A stretch of DNA of 44,810 nt, taken from Candidatus Micrarchaeota archaeon. GTDB lineage: Archaea; Micrarchaeota; Micrarchaeia; Anstonellales; Bilamarchaeaceae. The position numbers and the translations under genes were made by a program. Each line of letters begins with the position of its first letter. Position 1 is the first letter of the stretch. The notes below the pieces were generated by a model. The model saw only the letters and a program-made list of their open reading frames with translations. It had not been told where the DNA came from and made no database searches. The DNA is taken from contig JACCLH010000009.1 of NCBI GenBank assembly GCA_013425375.1, positions 1 through 44,810 on the forward strand, read 5' to 3'. Positions 41,009 through 44,810 of the stretch are shown here, in pieces.

Positions 41009-44000
41009 ATGGGCAACTCTGCTCTTATTTTCGCATTTCTGCTTCTTGTCTCAGTGGCGTCAGCATCTTTTTTCCAAAGGCCCTGGGAGAGCCAGAGCTG
41101 GATAGCCAAAAACCCGAACATCTGGAGCTACGGCATAGAATACTGGTGGAACCTTCCTGAGCTTGATAAAACCATCTCCAGCATTGAGAACGAGCCCATC
41201 ACTGGTCTTAGCATGAACGGCAGTGCGGCAAAATACTCTGCCCAATCCGCAGAGGCCCGCCTTGAATCAAGGCAGGATAAGGACCATTGCATCTATGCCG
41301 TGACAGCAGCCATAGGGGGTTTCCCGGCAGCTCCGATAACCCTTTTCATCTCTGCCTTTGCAGAAGGCATAGGTTGCATCTCCTACCATGCCGACTGGAC
41401 CAATGCAGTGGGCTCCTCTCTTTCTACGCTTGAGAGCAGCATGGCAGAATCTGACAAAGCCATAGACGCAGCGCGGAACGCATACGACCGCATCGTTTTC
41501 ATGGGCATATGCGGCAGCGATTACACAGGCCCTGGGACAGAGGATTGCGCAGAACTCTCCAGCGCCTTCGCCAGCATCGACAATAACATAACCGAAGGCA
41601 GATATGGCAAGTACCATATCATGCTCGGCCATGCCTCCATCATCCGGCAAGAGCTTGCCATGCCTGTGCCGGACCTGTCGCTCTATGGAACCATGATGAA
41701 ACTCGTGTGGGACGAGGATGGCGTCATAGACCTGTTCGGCTCGGCTGCTGCCATGGCTAAGAAGGCAGAGTCTGATGCAGAAACAGAGTTCAAATCCAGG
41801 CTGGCCAGTGCCCAGAGCCACAAAGCGACTGCAGAGAAAACCATATCCGGCCTTGAGGCAGAAGACCTCGCGCTCATAGAGAGCATGCCTGCTGGCTTTG
41901 AGGTCCGGAAGACCGGGTCTGTGAAGGAGAAGCTGGCAGGCCTTGAAAAAGAGAGCGCGTCCCTCAACCAGGCGCTAGCAGAGGCGGTTCTGTGGCATGG
42001 CAGGACCACGCGGCAGGGTTATCTGGCCGCAGCATTAGAAGGCGTTGAAGAAGCAGATGAAGGATATTCAGGGCTCATACTAGAAGCCTCTGACCTTCGC
42101 ACCGAGGCAGAGACTGCAGTCGAGCAGCAGAAAGAGGAAGCAGAGCGTGAGCTGGAGGATACCCGCCGGTTCTCCCAATCAGGAGAGGCTGGCCCTGATA
42201 TGCAAGAGCTGCTCTCAGAAGCAGAGGGCTATTTCTCTGATGGGGAGGCCGCCTCCACGCTCGGTTCTGCCTTTGCCCTTTATTCAAGGGCCGCTGCCCT
42301 TGCGCGCTCTGCCAGGGAAAGCAATTATGCTGAAGAGCTCGGTTCGGTCTCTGCCCTGGCCGAGCTCGAGGACCTCATAGCCCGTGCCGAGAAGGACGGC
42401 ATAAACGTCCTGGAGGAGAAGGAGGCCCTCGCCCTCATGGAGCAGCTGCCGCCATTCCAGACCGAGGAGCATACCGGGCAGGCCATTGCCACCATCATCT
42501 CCAAGGCCCGTGTGATGTACGAGGACGGGTTCCTCAGCGCAAGGGCTCGCATATACGACGAGCTTTCGCTCGCAGGGCCGGATGCGGCTGACCTAAGCAC
42601 TGATATGGCAAGATGCGAGGAAGGGCTTGTCAGCGACAGCGGAATAGAGATGCCGAAAGCCATCGGCTCATTGAAGGTCCTGGCTGCCGCCTATGCGAAG
42701 ATAGAATCCTCACTTGACCAGTACTCCTCGCAGACTGTCGGCAATGCGATGTCTGCAAGTGCGCGGCCTCTGATAACCGATGTGCGGCTGGACGAGCCGG
42801 CAGAAGTGATCCTGGACGTTGTTCTCGCGAACGACCGGCCCTACAACGCCAGCAACGTAGAGGTGCGGGTATCCATACCGGCGCCTCTTCCATTCCTTTA
42901 CTCTGATATCACGAGCGGAAAAGAGGGTGTTTCCAGTCTCAGGATGGAAAACGGCGACACGACTTTGGTGTTTGTCTTTCCAATAATCAAACCATTCGAT
43001 TCCAAGCGCATAATCCTAGAGAAAAACATGGTGCTGGCCCGCACAGTGGAGCGCAGTAGCTCCGCAGAGGGCATAGGGGACGGAAGCGCCCTGGTTAAAG
43101 AGGAGATAACATTCGAGCTTGACAGCGGCATCGACAGCCTCGTCCTTCCGCATGGGATGGAGGAAGCGACTGTGGACGGTTTGCCATCCCAAAGGCCATT
43201 GGCAGAGGGGAAGCACACGCTGCTGTCCGAACGCACAGAATACGATGCCTATTCCGAGTCCATCGCTAATGTCCGCTCCTATCCACTCGGTCCAAGCGCC
43301 AGGATAGAGTATGACATCCGCATCACTCCGAATATGGACCTCACCAGCGTGCCGATGCTGATAGACAGCCTGAATGATTCACGCATATCCGCATTCACGC
43401 TGTCATCAGTGACTGGCGAGCCTGTGAAAGACAGCGAGCGTGTCTCAGAGACGCAGCTCGTATGCCGCGTTTTCAGCCTGAAGGAAGGCAAGACCGCAGT
43501 GTTGAAGATCGGCTACACTGTCGAGGATACAGGCCCTTTCGTCTATCAGCAGATAGACCAGCTGGAAGGCGGAAACATGAGCACCGGAGCGCTGGAACTG
43601 CTAGAACAGGCCCGGTCGCAGGCAGACTCAGGAAATTACAGCAAGGCGCTTGAGCTTCTGGAGAAATCCAGGGCAGTCATCAAACAGGACTCCCAGGAAA
43701 CCGCCAAGCTCGCTGCCCGTTGCGATGATATGGTCGCGAGAATCACAACTGAGCTGGAGGACATAGACAAAACCCTGCAATCATCCAACGTGAGCACGCC
43801 GTTCATGGAGAAGGTCCTGGCAAGGAAAACCGAGCTTGAACGGGTGCTGGCGGACAGCGAAGGCCTCAACCTAACTGAGAAGTCAGAAGCCCTCGGTAAT
43901 GTGGACTACAACTGGCTTGGCAAGGAGCTCAACAGCTTCAGGAAGCAGGCATACACCGAATATAATGACCTGAAGGCCCGCTTCTTCGCAGCAGGCAACT

Positions 44001-44782
44001 CAACGACTCCGGAAGCCTTCCTGGAGTTCGAGGCCGCGCTCCACAGGCTGGACAGCGGAGCCAGGCTGGAATATGCAGGAGAAGTATCAGATGCGCTTTC
44101 TGAGGTCAGGCGTCTTGTGGAAGCCGAGGAGAAGCTAGCCGAATCCGGCAAATCAGACCTCAGGAGGGTTTTTGATTCCGCGGAATCCGACCTCAATGAG
44201 GTTCTGGGACGGTACAGCAAGCAGGCTGCGGCAGCCAAGGGCACTGATTACAGCGGCCTTTTCACAGAGAGCGAAACCAAGACATCCAAACTGCTTGCTG
44301 ATACGAAATCCGCGCTATCAGGAGATCCCAGGGTCGTCCTGGCGAATCTCCAGAATCTCAACCGCTCGATGGCGCGGATGGAGCTCATACTCGGTTCGCT
44401 GAAGAATGAAAGCGAGACCAAGCTCCTATTGCTGGAGCATCTTCTGGAGGCCAGCAAGCTCGATGCCGCCAAAAAGGCGGAATTCGCGCAAAAACTGGAG
44501 GGGATGAGGGGTATGATATCGTCAGGGGAATACGTGAATGCGCTGAGGGCAGGAAGCACCATAGCCAAGGATATGGAAGGCGGCGGGCAGGGTGATGACA
44601 GCGGCCTTGCGGTGCTCGGATTGAGCGCTGTGGCGATACTCGCAGGCATCACCTTCTTCATAATGCGGCAGGAACCGAAGAAGGAACTGCGCAAGCTGCC
44701 ATCATCAAAGGAGCTCTTCAGGCCAGCGCAGGAAAAGCCTTCAGAAGGTCCAAAAGAGCCTGGACCTGAGCCCCAGGTCTGA
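41009..44782 (+). CDS. Large secreted, C-terminally anchored coiled-coil/beta-sandwich surface protein
   Basis: 1257 aa; signal peptide, long Ala/Glu helical regions either side of a beta-rich core, C-terminal TM (LAVLGLSAVAILAGITFFIM) and charged tail. Confidence 0.75.
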   Translation: MGNSALIFAFLLLVSVASASFFQRPWESQSWIAKNPNIWSYGIEYWWNLPELDKTISSIENEPITGLSMNGSAAKYSAQSAEARLESRQDKDHCIYAVTAAIGGFPAAPITLFISAFAEGIGCISYHADWTNAVGSSLSTLESSMAESDKAIDAARNAYDRIVFMGICGSDYTGPGTEDCAELSSAFASIDNNITEGRYGKYHIMLGHASIIRQELAMPVPDLSLYGTMMKLVWDEDGVIDLFGSAAAMAKKAESDAETEFKSRLASAQSHKATAEKTISGLEAEDLALIESMPAGFEVRKTGSVKEKLAGLEKESASLNQALAEAVLWHGRTTRQGYLAAALEGVEEADEGYSGLILEASDLRTEAETAVEQQKEEAERELEDTRRFSQSGEAGPDMQELLSEAEGYFSDGEAASTLGSAFALYSRAAALARSARESNYAEELGSVSALAELEDLIARAEKDGINVLEEKEALALMEQLPPFQTEEHTGQAIATIISKARVMYEDGFLSARARIYDELSLAGPDAADLSTDMARCEEGLVSDSGIEMPKAIGSLKVLAAAYAKIESSLDQYSSQTVGNAMSASARPLITDVRLDEPAEVILDVVLANDRPYNASNVEVRVSIPAPLPFLYSDITSGKEGVSSLRMENGDTTLVFVFPIIKPFDSKRIILEKNMVLARTVERSSSAEGIGDGSALVKEEITFELDSGIDSLVLPHGMEEATVDGLPSQRPLAEGKHTLLSERTEYDAYSESIANVRSYPLGPSARIEYDIRITPNMDLTSVPMLIDSLNDSRISAFTLSSVTGEPVKDSERVSETQLVCRVFSLKEGKTAVLKIGYTVEDTGPFVYQQIDQLEGGNMSTGALELLEQARSQADSGNYSKALELLEKSRAVIKQDSQETAKLAARCDDMVARITTELEDIDKTLQSSNVSTPFMEKVLARKTELERVLADSEGLNLTEKSEALGNVDYNWLGKELNSFRKQAYTEYNDLKARFFAAGNSTTPEAFLEFEAALHRLDSGARLEYAGEVSDALSEVRRLVEAEEKLAESGKSDLRRVFDSAESDLNEVLGRYSKQAAAAKGTDYSGLFTESETKTSKLLADTKSALSGDPRVVLANLQNLNRSMARMELILGSLKNESETKLLLLEHLLEASKLDAAKKAEFAQKLEGMRGMISSGEYVNALRAGSTIAKDMEGGGQGDDSGLAVLGLSAVAILAGITFFIMRQEPKKELRKLPSSKELFRPAQEKPSEGPKEPGPEPQV

Positions 44783-44810
44783 TGCCGCTATTGGGAAGAT
44801 TACGCGGCCG

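Overview
Gene-dense archaeal chromosomal segment. Archaeal markers include PCNA, pelota, archaeal-type TrpRS and PheT, Rad50, the two-subunit ADP-forming acetyl-CoA synthetase, TATA-type promoters and GGAGGTGA-type ribosome-binding sites. The gene mix suggests a DPANN/Micrarchaeota-like organism, which is my inference and not a database result. Most of the window is housekeeping or metabolic: DNA replication and repair, PEP carboxykinase, a non-oxidative pentose phosphate operon, thiolase/DUF35, purF, a phytoene/squalene synthase, transporters and surface proteins. The best candidate for an undescribed system is a ~225-nt structured non-coding RNA at about 5879-6102, transcribed divergently from rad50. 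It has box C/D architecture (C-guide-D'-large multi-hairpin insert-C'-guide-D) with UNCG/GNRA tetraloops. Its D guide fits the conserved 16S rRNA Cm1402 site under the D+5 rule. Two further segments flanking box D' are colinear antisense to 16S helix 45 and the anti-Shine-Dalgarno flank, so it may be an archaeal U13/U3-style SSU maturation RNA. The host 16S is not in the window, so all rRNA pairings use recalled consensus sequence. Other oddities: a free-standing AT-rich LAGLIDADG-wHTH gene, a pseudokinase after PCNA, a solo Cas2-like gene with a perfect 20-bp palindrome over its start region, a gene inserted between duplicated transaldolase 5' ends, a shared Cys-PAA C-terminal anchor motif, a frameshifted Cys-rich protein and a degenerate Nudix protein. 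I saw no tRNA, rRNA, CRISPR array or transposase.
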